Shown: piece by piece, positions 14,874 to 24,281 of the stretch
Layout of the letters: each line of letters starts with the position of its first letter
How positions within the stretch are numbered: position 1 is the stretch's first letter
Source: Patescibacteria group bacterium
GTDB taxonomy: Bacteria; Patescibacteriota; Patescibacteriia; Patescibacteriales; JBAZCA01
NCBI GenBank assembly: GCA_041661505.1
Contig: JBAZUF010000006.1
Location: 311 to 64,310, forward strand
Length of the DNA stretch: 64,000 nt
Reading direction: 5' to 3'
Position numbers and translations under genes: made by a program
The notes under the pieces: generated by a model
Databases searched by the model: none
What the model was told of the DNA's origin: nothing
Seen by the model: the letters and a program-made list of their open reading frames with translations, nothing else

Positions 14874-16244
14874 TTAAATAAGCATGCTTATTACAGTCGC
14901 GCCGCCGGCGATCAGCATAATTATTACCGTAAGCCAGCCGATCGCGGTCGCAAGGCGGGAGCTTTTGAATTTGCCCATAACCTCTTTTTTAGAACTCAAG
15001 CGGACAATGAAAAAGAGAAGCGGACCGGCGGTGATTCCGTTAAAAACCGCGGCGTAGATAAGGAATTTAATGGGGTCAATGCCGATAAAATTGGATAAAA
15101 AACCTAAAATCATGGAAATAATAATCACGCCGTAGAAAGCCCGCGCGTCTTTTAATTTCCGGTACAAACCGGTCTTCCAGCCAAAGCTTTCCGCCAGCGC
15201 GTACGAAGCAGAGCCGGCCAGAACCGGAACCGAAAGCAAACCGACCCCCAGTATGCCCAAAGCAAACAGATAGTAGGCTAAATCGCCGGCAAAAGGCCTA
15301 AGCGCCAAAGCCGCCTGATCGGCAGAAACAATATCGGTTATGCCGTTTTTATACAGGGCGCCGGCGCAGGCGACAATAATGAAAAACATAGCCAGGTTGG
15401 AAACGAACATGCCGGACCAGACATCCACCCGCATTCTTTTTATTTCTTCTCGCGTAGTATTTCGGCGCCGCTCTTTGACGGTCTTATTGCCTCTTAAAAT
15501 TTCTTCTTCAACTTCTTGCGATGACTGCCAAAAAAATAGATAGGGCGAAATAGTCGTTCCTAAAATTCCGCAAATTAGAAAAATCTGGTCTTTGGAAAAA
15601 GTGAGCGAAGGCATAACCGTGTGCCCTAATACTTCCCTCCAGTCCAGGCTGATGCAGAGCGCGGATATGACATAAGAAAATAAAACCAAAGCTAAATATT
15701 TCAAGTAGCGGGCATAGCGGGCGTAAGCGGTAAAGATTTGGAGAAGAAGCGAAGCCAGGGTGAAGAAGGCTACCAGTAAGAAAAAGCTTACTTTAGGGAT
15801 GAATAATTGGGCGGCCTTGGCCATAATTCCAAGATCAGCTCCTAAATTAAAAGTATTGGCAAAAAACAAGATAGAGGCGACGGACATGATGGCCCAGCGG
15901 GGGTAATAAAGCTTAATGTTTCTCGCCAGCCCGCGGCCGGTAACCATGCCGATTCGGGCGCACATTTCCTGGATAACCGCCATCAAAGGAAAGGTTAGGG
16001 GCGCCAGCCATAAAAGCTGGAAGCCGTATTTGGCTCCGGTTTGGGAATAGGTGGCTATGCCGGACGGGTCGTCGTCGGCCGCGCCGGTTGTCAAACCCGG
16101 CCCCAGTTTGCGCCAATAGGCTTCGGCCGCTCGGACCGGCTTTTTGGAAATCAATTCTTTTTCCAGCTCTTCGGTTTTTTCCAGGCCTCTTTCCAAGGCG
16201 ATTGAAGGCGCTTCAGCTATTTGTTCCAGGATATTCTTGCTCAT
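14874..16244 (-). CDS. Nramp-related cation transporter with a non-canonical metal site
   Basis: Nramp-like topology. The TM1 motif is DDPSG where DPGN is expected. The TM6 motif is GTTISPY where the (A/G)xxMPH pattern is expected. Confidence 0.75.
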   Translation of the reverse strand: MSKNILEQIAEAPSIALERGLEKTEELEKELISKKPVRAAEAYWRKLGPGLTTGAADDDPSGIATYSQTGAKYGFQLLWLAPLTFPLMAVIQEMCARIGMVTGRGLARNIKLYYPRWAIMSVASILFFANTFNLGADLGIMAKAAQLFIPKVSFFLLVAFFTLASLLLQIFTAYARYARYLKYLALVLFSYVISALCISLDWREVLGHTVMPSLTFSKDQIFLICGILGTTISPYLFFWQSSQEVEEEILRGNKTVKERRRNTTREEIKRMRVDVWSGMFVSNLAMFFIIVACAGALYKNGITDIVSADQAALALRPFAGDLAYYLFALGILGVGLLSVPVLAGSASYALAESFGWKTGLYRKLKDARAFYGVIIISMILGFLSNFIGIDPIKFLIYAAVFNGITAGPLLFFIVRLSSKKEVMGKFKSSRLATAIGWLTVIIMLIAGGATVISMLI

Positions 16245-16250
16245 GCCGGT

Positions 16251-16259
16251 ATTATACCA
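16251..16259 (-). promoter_or_regulatory. extended -10 TGGTATAAT placed 6 nt upstream of the Nramp-like ATG (leaderless-type)
   Basis: The plus strand reads ATTATACCA at 16251-16259; the start codon is at 16242-16244. Confidence 0.5.
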
Positions 16260-16330
16260 TACCCGGCTGAAATAATTAATGCGCCCCTTGCCGGCGGCTA
16301 TTATAAATCCTTCTCATCCGACTTAATGGG

Positions 16331-16339
16331 TGTTATAAT
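16331..16339 (+). promoter_or_regulatory. extended -10 TGTTATAAT upstream of the CorA-like gene
   Basis: Read directly, about 32 nt upstream of ATG 16371. Confidence 0.5.
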
Positions 16340-16370
16340 AACAATAGTTATCCACATAAGGTGTTAATCA

Positions 16371-17333
16371 ATGCGCTTCCGGCAACTTACTCCTAAAATC
16401 AGCCAGATTGAAATCGATAATCCCAAGACCAAAAATAACAAGGTCCGCTGGGTTAATGTTTGCAATGCCGGGAAAGATGAGATAGAATATTTAAGGAAAA
16501 AATACAAGTTTGATCTAGCCCACCTGCGCTCCTCTTTAGCCCATAAAACCACCAACCGGCCCGTCGTTGAAAAAGGCGCCGATTATCTCTTTATAATCCT
16601 TCACTTCCCCACCGTCCTCTATAACACGATTTACCCCGGGGAAATAGAATTTTTTGTCGGACACGGCTTCCTTATTACTATCCACAATAATAATGTCGGC
16701 GTCTTGAACGATTTTTACAATTTATGCAAGAAAGACGGCGCTTCAACCCTTACTTACCAGTATGAATCGTCAGCAGTTTTGCTTTACGAACTATTAGAGC
16801 GGCTCTTAAATTCCTGTTTTCCGCTTTTGGACAAAACCGCGGACGATATTTCTAATCTCGAGGAAATAATTTTTGAAAAAGTGGAAAAAGAGTCAATTTT
16901 TAAACTTTTAGAACTGCGCCGGAACATTTTAAACTTTCGGAAAATTATGCAAAACCATAAGCACATACTGCGCAAGCTTATGGAGATGGAATCCAGCCTG
17001 GTTCCGGCCAATCAGATCCGCGGTTATTATAAAAAACTGATTGACGGTTCAGTAAGAATTTGGGAAATACTGGAAAACCAAAAAGAGATGATTATGATTT
17101 ACGATACGACTTACGAGTCGCTTATGAATTACCGGCTTTCGGATATTATGAAAACCCTTACAATTTTTTCGGTAATCATTTTCCCGTTAACTTTGTTCGC
17201 GACGGTTTTTAGCATGAATTTAAACGGCATGCCGCTGGCTTCCCACCCCCAGGGCTTTTGGATTATTATCGCCCTGATGCTTTTCGGCTCTATAGGCATG
17301 CTTTTATTTTTTGAAAAGAAAAAATGGCTTTAA
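16371..17333 (+). CDS. CorA-family divalent cation transporter with SMN in place of the GMN signature
   Basis: The C-terminal two-TM region LTIFSVIIFPLTLFATVFSMNLNGMP...KKKWL aligns to the CorA region ...YGMNFxxMP...KKKWL. Confidence 0.8.
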   Translation: MRFRQLTPKISQIEIDNPKTKNNKVRWVNVCNAGKDEIEYLRKKYKFDLAHLRSSLAHKTTNRPVVEKGADYLFIILHFPTVLYNTIYPGEIEFFVGHGFLITIHNNNVGVLNDFYNLCKKDGASTLTYQYESSAVLLYELLERLLNSCFPLLDKTADDISNLEEIIFEKVEKESIFKLLELRRNILNFRKIMQNHKHILRKLMEMESSLVPANQIRGYYKKLIDGSVRIWEILENQKEMIMIYDTTYESLMNYRLSDIMKTLTIFSVIIFPLTLFATVFSMNLNGMPLASHPQGFWIIIALMLFGSIGMLLFFEKKKWL

Positions 17334-17501
17334 CTCATTTTTTGAAACTCTTGCATATTTTACAAAAATATGCTTTAATATACAGTTAATTTTCCTTATC
17401 TAAGTACTTACTATTCTTGTACTTGTAGCTGAAAAAGTTCATTCTTACCACTTTGAACATTAATATAATCAACGATCTTTCGATCTTAAGGAGGATAAAC
17501 C

Positions 17502-17978
17502 ATGAATATGGATGTGCTTGAACCGGAAGAGAAGGAAGCTGTAATAGTGATTATTCAAGAAGAGGTGAAGGAAGAGCTAAGCTTCCCTCTCGATGAATTT
17601 AGAACGCTCTGCAATAAGTACAGCGAGCTGATTACCCAGTGTGAGCACTGCTACCGGGCCTGGCCTTCAGCCCCCAACGGTGGCACAACACCGCAGGAAA
17701 TTTGCGCCAGAGAGATAAGTAGGCTGCACCTGCCGACGGAATGCCTTAAATATTTAGGCATTTTTATCAGCCATGGGCACTGTGATGAGTGCTCCGCTGT
17801 GATAAGGCAAAGAGTTCGAAGGATAGTGCAGCAAAAGGAGGGCAATCCTGATTGCTACGGCAAGAGGACTCCTCCGGCCTATTTCTGCGACCAGGCTGGA
17901 TGCATCCACAAAGATCTTTGCCTTGTGGCCAGCCGGGCCAAAGTGGAATCGCCAATAAAATGGAGATATGCACTATGA
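17502..17978 (+). CDS. hypothetical Cys-rich protein (158 aa, 11 Cys including CEHC and HGHCDEC)
   Basis: Strong SD AAGGAGGA (17488-17495). Locally GC-rich sequence. No family recognised. Confidence 0.5.
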   Translation: MNMDVLEPEEKEAVIVIIQEEVKEELSFPLDEFRTLCNKYSELITQCEHCYRAWPSAPNGGTTPQEICAREISRLHLPTECLKYLGIFISHGHCDECSAVIRQRVRRIVQQKEGNPDCYGKRTPPAYFCDQAGCIHKDLCLVASRAKVESPIKWRYAL

Positions 17979-18007
17979 GCCGAATGCGCTTGGAACCTCA
18001 AACAAAA

Positions 18008-18036
18008 AGCCCGCCAAACTACCCGGCGGGCTTTTC
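18008..18036. terminator. bidirectional intrinsic terminator
   Basis: AGCCCGCC (18008-18015) pairs with GGCGGGCT (18025-18032), flanked by an A-run and a T-run. Confidence 0.8.
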
Positions 18037-18054
18037 TCTTATTATTTATTGGTT

Positions 18055-18399
18055 CTACGCTGTGGCCGGCTTGATTCCGGTCTTTACTTCAACCGCGGTA
18101 ATTCTTTCTTCAAATCTATCGTGAGCGGCCTTGTTCATGTCATGTTCTTCTTTATGGTTCTTATAATCCTTGGTAATGCCGTCAACCGCTTCAAGTATCT
18201 CATTCTTAAACTGTTTTAAATCATCCTTAGTGGCCAAATCCTTTATATCATCCTTGGTTGCAAAAGTCCTAAACATCTTTTGGCTAAAATCTTCAAATTC
18301 GCTCTTTAGTACTTGTTTTAGCTCCCGTTTAAAAAAACCTTTGGTAACAGGCTCGTTCTCTTGTTCTGGCGTTAAATCTTCTGTTAATATTGTTGTCAT
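18055..18399 (-). CDS. hypothetical coiled-coil protein (114 aa) with tandem ATKDD(I/L)K repeats
   Basis: ORF only; contains FATKDDIKDLATKDDLKQF. Confidence 0.45.
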   Translation of the reverse strand: MTTILTEDLTPEQENEPVTKGFFKRELKQVLKSEFEDFSQKMFRTFATKDDIKDLATKDDLKQFKNEILEAVDGITKDYKNHKEEHDMNKAAHDRFEERITAVEVKTGIKPATA

Positions 18400-18509
18400 A
18401 CCCCCTTACTTATATAGAGTTGTTAAGTAATAATAATTATACTCCGCCCTTCGGATATATTCAAGTCTTATTTTGCCCGTTAGTTTCTGGATTTTCCCAG
18501 CAGGCCGGA

Positions 18510-19976
18510 TTATTCGGATTCAACTGGCGCGGTAGCCGCGGACGGCGATGATTGAACTTGAACGTCCGGACTTCCGGTCGGCCCGGAAGACGACGTGCCC
18601 TCCATAATCCTTACCGGCCCGCCGCCGTCTTGTTCCTTCCGCTGGTCAATTATTTCTTTAACCAAAGGAACGACAATGTATTTTTGGTTAAAGTATTGAA
18701 TTTCGTTTTTCGTTATCGGGAAAATCAGGGCCGGAACCAATAATTCGTCGCTTATATTGTTCTTATATATCCACATACGGGCTAAGCCTAAAGCCGGTGT
18801 GCCGACTTCAATTTGCCTGGTTTTAGAAACTGGGCGGCTGTCATCTTCCCGCCCTCCGTAGAGCATTGGTATAATTCCGCCGCTACTATTGGAATTTTTC
18901 ATCAGTTCCAGTATTTTCGCCTGGTCAGTTTCCACCGCGTATAAGGAAGTCTGGTAATTTTGCGAAGCTAAATTCCAAACCCCGCTGACCCGCTTATCGC
19001 GGACGCTTATTGATATATTCACGCCCTGCTTATTGCCCCATTCGTCAAATACCGGCTGGCTGTTGACCATCTGCGGATAAATAACGCTAATCGTTTCCGG
19101 GAAGTAATAATCAGCTTTATTGGCAGTGTTGGCGTAATAAATTTTCCAGTCATCCTGCACTTCGCCCGGCCCGAATCCGTCCAGCTTAATTTCGTATTCC
19201 TTTAAGAAATTATCGGCAATTTTTATCGCCTCATCATTCGACGGCAAGTCAGACTCTTTAACTCTAATCGAATTCCAGCAGGCCTTGTCCCGGCACTTAT
19301 CACCCGGCTGCGGCCATTTTAGCCAATTTTGGTTAAAGGAAAAATTGCCTTCGGTAAAATTTATGTAAACGCTAAAGCCGTAATCCCGGTTTTCTATTAG
19401 GTTCACGTTGTCGACGCTAGCGGATTGGAATTTTTGGAGGTTCACTCCGTCAAAATTAAAATTTGAAAAAATATCGCCCGCGCTGATTGACTGGCCAAAG
19501 CCTTTAACTCGCTTATAGACCGGCATTTCAGCCGCAGTTATTTTTATGTCCTCCCCTTTGTATACATATTCGTAGTTAAGCTGGGGCGGCAAGACGCACC
19601 CGCCTTTTTCATCAGGCATGCATACCATAGATTTATCCGCCGCCGGAGCCGAACTAACAGCGCCTGACCCGCTTTGGCTAATTAAAGGCGTCGGAGTTAT
19701 TGAAGAAAGCGCTTTAGTCTGCGTTTCCGCGCTATTAGAGCTTGTAATGCCAGCGGCACCGCCCGTGCTTAATGCTAAATTATTGGCTTGAACGCTTTTT
19801 AAATCAAAAGCGTTCCTCCCGACGCTCGCGAAAGCGGCTTTTAAGGAAATTTTATTTTTGGTGAAATTGAGGACGTTCGAAGAATTTTTACCGGACAGCT
19901 GGATAATCGCAATCCCGGCGATAAACATCACCGCGATTATGCCGATTGCCAGATATACTTTTTTAAGAAGAGGCAT
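18510..19976 (-). CDS. hypothetical membrane-anchored extracytoplasmic protein (488 aa)
   Basis: Single N-terminal TM segment (VYLAIGIIAVMFIAGIAIIQL), Ser/Ala-rich linker, Ser/Pro-rich C-terminus. Confidence 0.5.
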   Translation of the reverse strand: MPLLKKVYLAIGIIAVMFIAGIAIIQLSGKNSSNVLNFTKNKISLKAAFASVGRNAFDLKSVQANNLALSTGGAAGITSSNSAETQTKALSSITPTPLISQSGSGAVSSAPAADKSMVCMPDEKGGCVLPPQLNYEYVYKGEDIKITAAEMPVYKRVKGFGQSISAGDIFSNFNFDGVNLQKFQSASVDNVNLIENRDYGFSVYINFTEGNFSFNQNWLKWPQPGDKCRDKACWNSIRVKESDLPSNDEAIKIADNFLKEYEIKLDGFGPGEVQDDWKIYYANTANKADYYFPETISVIYPQMVNSQPVFDEWGNKQGVNISISVRDKRVSGVWNLASQNYQTSLYAVETDQAKILELMKNSNSSGGIIPMLYGGREDDSRPVSKTRQIEVGTPALGLARMWIYKNNISDELLVPALIFPITKNEIQYFNQKYIVVPLVKEIIDQRKEQDGGGPVRIMEGTSSSGPTGSPDVQVQSSPSAATAPVESE

Positions 19977-19993
19977 ACAATATGATTAAATAA

Positions 19994-21388
19994 TTAAATT
20001 TTTCTAACTCTCGTTTCCGCGCTCGCATCCTCGACGGAGTATCCAAGGGAATTAAGCTTATCTCGTAAGTCATCGGATTTTTTCCAGTCTTTTTCTTCCC
20101 TGGCTTTTTTCCGCTGATCTGCTAAAGCCTGGATGTCATCCGGCAAGGATTCTTCTTCCGAAAGCGCGCGGCTTAAATTAAGGCCTAATACTTTGTCAAA
20201 ATCCATAACAGTTGCCATTTTTTCTTCCCCGGTAATTTTGGATTTTAAAAGGTCCTGGACGACCGCCATAGCCCGGGGCATGTTAAGATCATCGTTTATA
20301 GCCCGTAAAAATTTTTCTTTGTATTCTGCGTTAATTGATTTTTTAGTTTTGAAGCGTGAAAATTCTCTAACTTGGTTATATAAATGAAGAAGGCCTTTTT
20401 GAGCGGAAAGCATGGATTCTTCGGAATATTCCATGGGTTTCCGGTAGTGGGTTTGAAGGGCGGCGAATCTAAAGGCCAGCGGATTTAAACCTTTTTTTAT
20501 AATGGCGTTTTCTAAAGTAAGGAAATTCCCTTCGCTTTTAGCCATTTTTTTTCCGCCGCCGATTATTAAAAAAGCGCCATGCATCCAAGTCTTAACCCAG
20601 GGCGCAACTCCGGTAGCGGCTTCGGTTTGGGCGATTTCGTTAGTATGGTGAATATCGATATGATCTACCCCGCCGCAATGGATATCAAATTGCTTGCCCA
20701 AATACTTAACGCTCATAGCCGAACATTCGATATGCCAGCCCGGAAAGCCTTTTCCCCACGGCGAATCCCATTCCATCTGCCGTTTTACCTCTTTGGGTGT
20801 AAATTTCCACAAAGCAAAATCAGTCGGATTTTTCTTCTCGTCATTTTTTTCCACCCGGGCGCCTTCCTTTAAAGTGCTTAAATTTTTATGGGAAAGCTGG
20901 TTGTAGCCTTTAAACTTGGAAGTATTATAATAGACGCCGTCCGAGGTAATATATGTGTACCCCTTTTTTTCCAAGGCGCTGATCATCTCAATCTGCTCTT
21001 TAATATGATCCGTAGCCTTAGGCATTATATCCGGCAGAAGGATGTTTAAGGCCTTCAAATCTTTTAAAAACGCTTCAGTATAAAATTCGGCGATTTCCCA
21101 GGCGGTTTTTCCTTCCCTTTTCGCGCCAGTCTCGATTTTGTCCTCGCCCATATCCCGATCGCCGGTCAAATGCCCGACATCGGTAATGTTCATAACATGC
21201 TTTACCTTGTAGCCGTTATAGACGAGAACCCGTTTTAAAACATCTTCAAATAAAAAAGTCCTTAAGTTCCCGATATGGGCGTAATTATAAACCGTCGGCC
21301 CGCAGGTATAAAGCCCGGCCTTTTTGTCCTGTATGGGTGTAAATTCCTCTTTTTTGCGGGTTAGGGTGTTATATAATTGGAGTTTCAT
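19994..21388 (-). CDS. cysS: cysteinyl-tRNA synthetase
   Basis: HIGH-type motif [13 protein letters not shown]-type motif KMAKSEGN, and [14 protein letters not shown]. Confidence 0.95.
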   Translation of the reverse strand: MKLQLYNTLTRKKEEFTPIQDKKAGLYTCGPTVYNYAHIGNLRTFLFEDVLKRVLVYNGYKVKHVMNITDVGHLTGDRDMGEDKIETGAKREGKTAWEIAEFYTEAFLKDLKALNILLPDIMPKATDHIKEQIEMISALEKKGYTYITSDGVYYNTSKFKGYNQLSHKNLSTLKEGARVEKNDEKKNPTDFALWKFTPKEVKRQMEWDSPWGKGFPGWHIECSAMSVKYLGKQFDIHCGGVDHIDIHHTNEIAQTEAATGVAPWVKTWMHGAFLIIGGGKKMAKSEGNFLTLENAIIKKGLNPLAFRFAALQTHYRKPMEYSEESMLSAQKGLLHLYNQVREFSRFKTKKSINAEYKEKFLRAINDDLNMPRAMAVVQDLLKSKITGEEKMATVMDFDKVLGLNLSRALSEEESLPDDIQALADQRKKAREEKDWKKSDDLRDKLNSLGYSVEDASAETRVRKI

Positions 21389-21431
21389 ATAGTAATTCTA
21401 CCTAAATAAGTCAATTTTTACAAATTATAAA

Positions 21432-21461
21432 ACAGGGTATTTTATTTCTAAAATACCCTGT
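21432..21461 (-). terminator. intrinsic terminator hairpin (13-bp stem)
   Basis: ACAGGGTATTTTA-tttc-TAAAATACCCTGT, downstream of the 91-aa gene. Confidence 0.7.
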
Positions 21462-21475
21462 TAATATTAATCATG

Positions 21476-21751
21476 TTATTCGTTTTCCGATTCCGATCGT
21501 TTTTTCGCGTATTCAATAGCTTCCCGCAGAAGTTGTATAATATTTTCATTCTTTACTTCCCTGCCATCTAATTCTTTTAATACGTCTTCAGCCACCTGGA
21601 TATTCTTTCTAAGGGGTTCTCCAAATGAATCATTAAGCAACGCAAGACAGCTATGATATAAATAAAGGGATGGGACATTATGAAAATCACGTTTTTCCTT
21701 GTCATTTTTTAGAGTTGGTGCTGGGGGCTTTTCTTGTTTTGGTGATTCCAT
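21476..21751 (-). CDS. hypothetical protein (91 aa)
   Basis: ORF only. Confidence 0.4.
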   Translation of the reverse strand: MESPKQEKPPAPTLKNDKEKRDFHNVPSLYLYHSCLALLNDSFGEPLRKNIQVAEDVLKELDGREVKNENIIQLLREAIEYAKKRSESENE

Positions 21752-21762
21752 AAGAGTAGATA

Positions 21763-24216
21763 TTAATACATCCCCGGGAATTCTTTTTTAACCGCTTCTT
21801 TGGTCGCTTCATCGGTTACGATTGTCAGAAGCTTTCCGACCGCCAGCTTGGCGTTATCGGTTTCCCCGATTTTTTTATAAAGCAAGGCTACGCTGTATAA
21901 GGCGTTCGCGTGGCTCGGGTTTTGCTGGAGGATGGCTAAGAAGAGATTTTCGGAGTTAGTTAAATCTTCATTCTTCTTTACCGCGCCGTTGGCGGACGAA
22001 CCAGCGTCAACGCTTAAATTTTGTTCATCAGCCGGGGTATTATTTACATCGGCGGTGGCAATATCTTTTGAGGCGTTTTGGGAAATATTCGGATTGGAGA
22101 TGCCGCGATTAAAGTAAAGCCGGCCTAATTCAAACTGGTAGTCGGCGTTATTGTTGCCGAAAATTACCGCGCTTTTTAATTGTTCAATCGCCTCATCGTT
22201 CTTGCCGAGCGTTTCGTAAGCAATTCCTTTGCCGTAGAAAGCGGCGGCAAAATCATTTTTCTTGGCAATCGCTTCATCGTATTTTTTAATGGCTTCATTG
22301 ATATTAAATTCTTTTTCGGACTTTTCAGTCTGGGCGTTCGCTCGGGCCATGTTGATTAAAGCCATGCGCAGATACGGGACCGGATTATCCGGTTCTAATT
22401 CAGCCACCTTGCTATACAGGTTTTCCGCCCATTCCAGGGCGCCGCGGGTATAAAAGCTAGCGTTCTCGTAAATTAGAGCCAAAGCTTCGTTGTTGCCGGC
22501 CTGGTTGGGGTTTATCTCAATTGCCTGCTTTCCGGAATTGACCGCCGAGCTTAAATAGCCCTGGATTTTATTTTGATCTTTGGCGTTTAAAGCTTCCTGG
22601 TTGGCTAAGGCCATGTAATTGTTGGCCAGATTTAGGTAGTAAATATCCTGATAAGGCGAAAGGGCGACGGCTTTATTCAAGCGTTCGATTTTTTGGTCCG
22701 CGTTCGGGGCGGCCAGGGCCTTTTGCGCGTATACGTCGGCAATATAAATTTTCGCGCCCATCGTAAAGAGGACGGCCACTCCGGCGGTTACCCCTAAAAA
22801 TACGGCCGCCAGGGCCAAAGCGAATTTCGGCGAGGTGCGGAAGGACAAATTGAGGCTCTTAAACTTTTCCGGGTAAATATGGATAGCGGTTACAATCGTA
22901 AAAGTGGAAACGATCATGAGAGATACTATCAAGGAATTGTTTAAAGAGAATAAGAGCGCGTATATCAGGGCCGCGATAAAAGAGGCGGACGCGGCAAGCA
23001 GGATATGCGACTCCTCATTTTTTTCCGCTTTCAATAAGGCCATGAATATCATGGAAATTACGATTAGGCCGATAGCGACTACCGCGAGCGTCCCCAGCGC
23101 CCCGACTGAAGCCGCTAATTCAAAAAGCGCGCCAGAGCCGGAATCAAACCGGACGTTCCATAAAGGCGAGAGGTTGAATTCCCCGCCTTTGAACTTGGAA
23201 AAGCTATAATAAAATGTGCCCGGACCAGAGCCTAAGAAAACGAATTTTTTCAGGCTGGATTTGGCGATATCAAAGGAAGCGCTGCGCGAAAGGCTCACTT
23301 CGGCCGGCAAATTAAGGTTAACCAAGTTAAAATTCCCCAAAACCAGAAAAACGATTAATAAGAGAAAGACTCCGACCGGAATAATGAGTGAGTTGTTGGT
23401 AATTGGGACGATTTTTGAGAGGAAAAACATTAACACCACCACAATAGATACAATCGCTACTGGCCAGTAAGTAAAACCGTTTAAGAGGAAAAGCGAAATA
23501 ATGTCAGCCAGAAGTATCAAACCTAATCCGATTTTTAAGGCGATTTGAGCGCCGGCTTTCAATTTCGGGAATATTTTTGACGCTTGGGCGATGGCAACAA
23601 CTAATAGGGGCATGATTATTACAAGAAACATAGTCAAGCCGGTTAGTGAGCCAACTGGATTAAAGCTGTTGGTTCTGGTCATGCCTATAGGCAAAATATA
23701 AATCTTAAAAAGCTGTAAGAGCGAATAAATAATAATCAGACCCGAAGATGCCAGTAATATCGAAAACAGTTTCTTTATCCGCGCGCGGGTAATGTTATTT
23801 ACCAGAAGATAATAGAAAAGAACAAAAGCGACAACGGCTAAAAAACTCTTGGCCGGATTGCCGTAAGTTCCGATAAGCGAATCTTTTTTCGATATGGAAA
23901 AGAAAGTAGAAGCCAAAAATATGGCCAGTGCGGCTAAAATCGGCCAGTCAAGCGGAGTCCGCTTGATTTTTAATTCACCCACAATCACCCCTTTAGTAAC
24001 CCAGGCGACAACGCCGATTAAAACTAAAAAGTAAAAAAGCATCATCTTCTCAAAGCCTACTCCCTGGGAAACCAGCCCAGTGAAAAACAGCGGGCAAAGA
24101 AGAAATATTCCCGCCAGGCACGAAAAAATAATGTAGTCGATTGCCTTGGCTTTTGCATCCATTCCATCGGACGCGGCGCTTAAACTTTTCCCTCCGCTCT
24201 TGAATATGTTGGCCAT
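21763..24216 (-). CDS. polytopic membrane protein (O-antigen-ligase/Wzy-like) with C-terminal TPR repeats
   Basis: More than 10 predicted TM segments in the N-terminal 500 aa. The C-terminal region has repeated TPR-like A..Y...G/A patterns. The Wzy-like assignment is from overall architecture only. Confidence 0.5.
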   Translation of the reverse strand: MANIFKSGGKSLSAASDGMDAKAKAIDYIIFSCLAGIFLLCPLFFTGLVSQGVGFEKMMLFYFLVLIGVVAWVTKGVIVGELKIKRTPLDWPILAALAIFLASTFFSISKKDSLIGTYGNPAKSFLAVVAFVLFYYLLVNNITRARIKKLFSILLASSGLIIIYSLLQLFKIYILPIGMTRTNSFNPVGSLTGLTMFLVIIMPLLVVAIAQASKIFPKLKAGAQIALKIGLGLILLADIISLFLLNGFTYWPVAIVSIVVVLMFFLSKIVPITNNSLIIPVGVFLLLIVFLVLGNFNLVNLNLPAEVSLSRSASFDIAKSSLKKFVFLGSGPGTFYYSFSKFKGGEFNLSPLWNVRFDSGSGALFELAASVGALGTLAVVAIGLIVISMIFMALLKAEKNEESHILLAASASFIAALIYALLFSLNNSLIVSLMIVSTFTIVTAIHIYPEKFKSLNLSFRTSPKFALALAAVFLGVTAGVAVLFTMGAKIYIADVYAQKALAAPNADQKIERLNKAVALSPYQDIYYLNLANNYMALANQEALNAKDQNKIQGYLSSAVNSGKQAIEINPNQAGNNEALALIYENASFYTRGALEWAENLYSKVAELEPDNPVPYLRMALINMARANAQTEKSEKEFNINEAIKKYDEAIAKKNDFAAAFYGKGIAYETLGKNDEAIEQLKSAVIFGNNNADYQFELGRLYFNRGISNPNISQNASKDIATADVNNTPADEQNLSVDAGSSANGAVKKNEDLTNSENLFLAILQQNPSHANALYSVALLYKKIGETDNAKLAVGKLLTIVTDEATKEAVKKEFPGMY

Positions 24217-24281
24217 AGTGTTAATTCTTTTCCGCCTGAATTCGCGTAAAAAGAATCTGAATTATTATTAAAATATTTTAA

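Noticed and set aside
16348-16356. Perfect DnaA-box 9-mer TTATCCACA
   Set aside because: It is a single isolated copy in the Nramp/CorA intergenic region. No cluster, dnaA/dnaN or AT-rich unwinding element is nearby, so it is compatible with chance.
17651-18124. Three overlapping 64-90-aa ORFs (17651-17845 minus, 17767-17973 minus, 17852-18124 plus)
   Set aside because: They are by-products of locally high GC. The 17502-17978 frame has the strong SD and a terminator directly after its stop.
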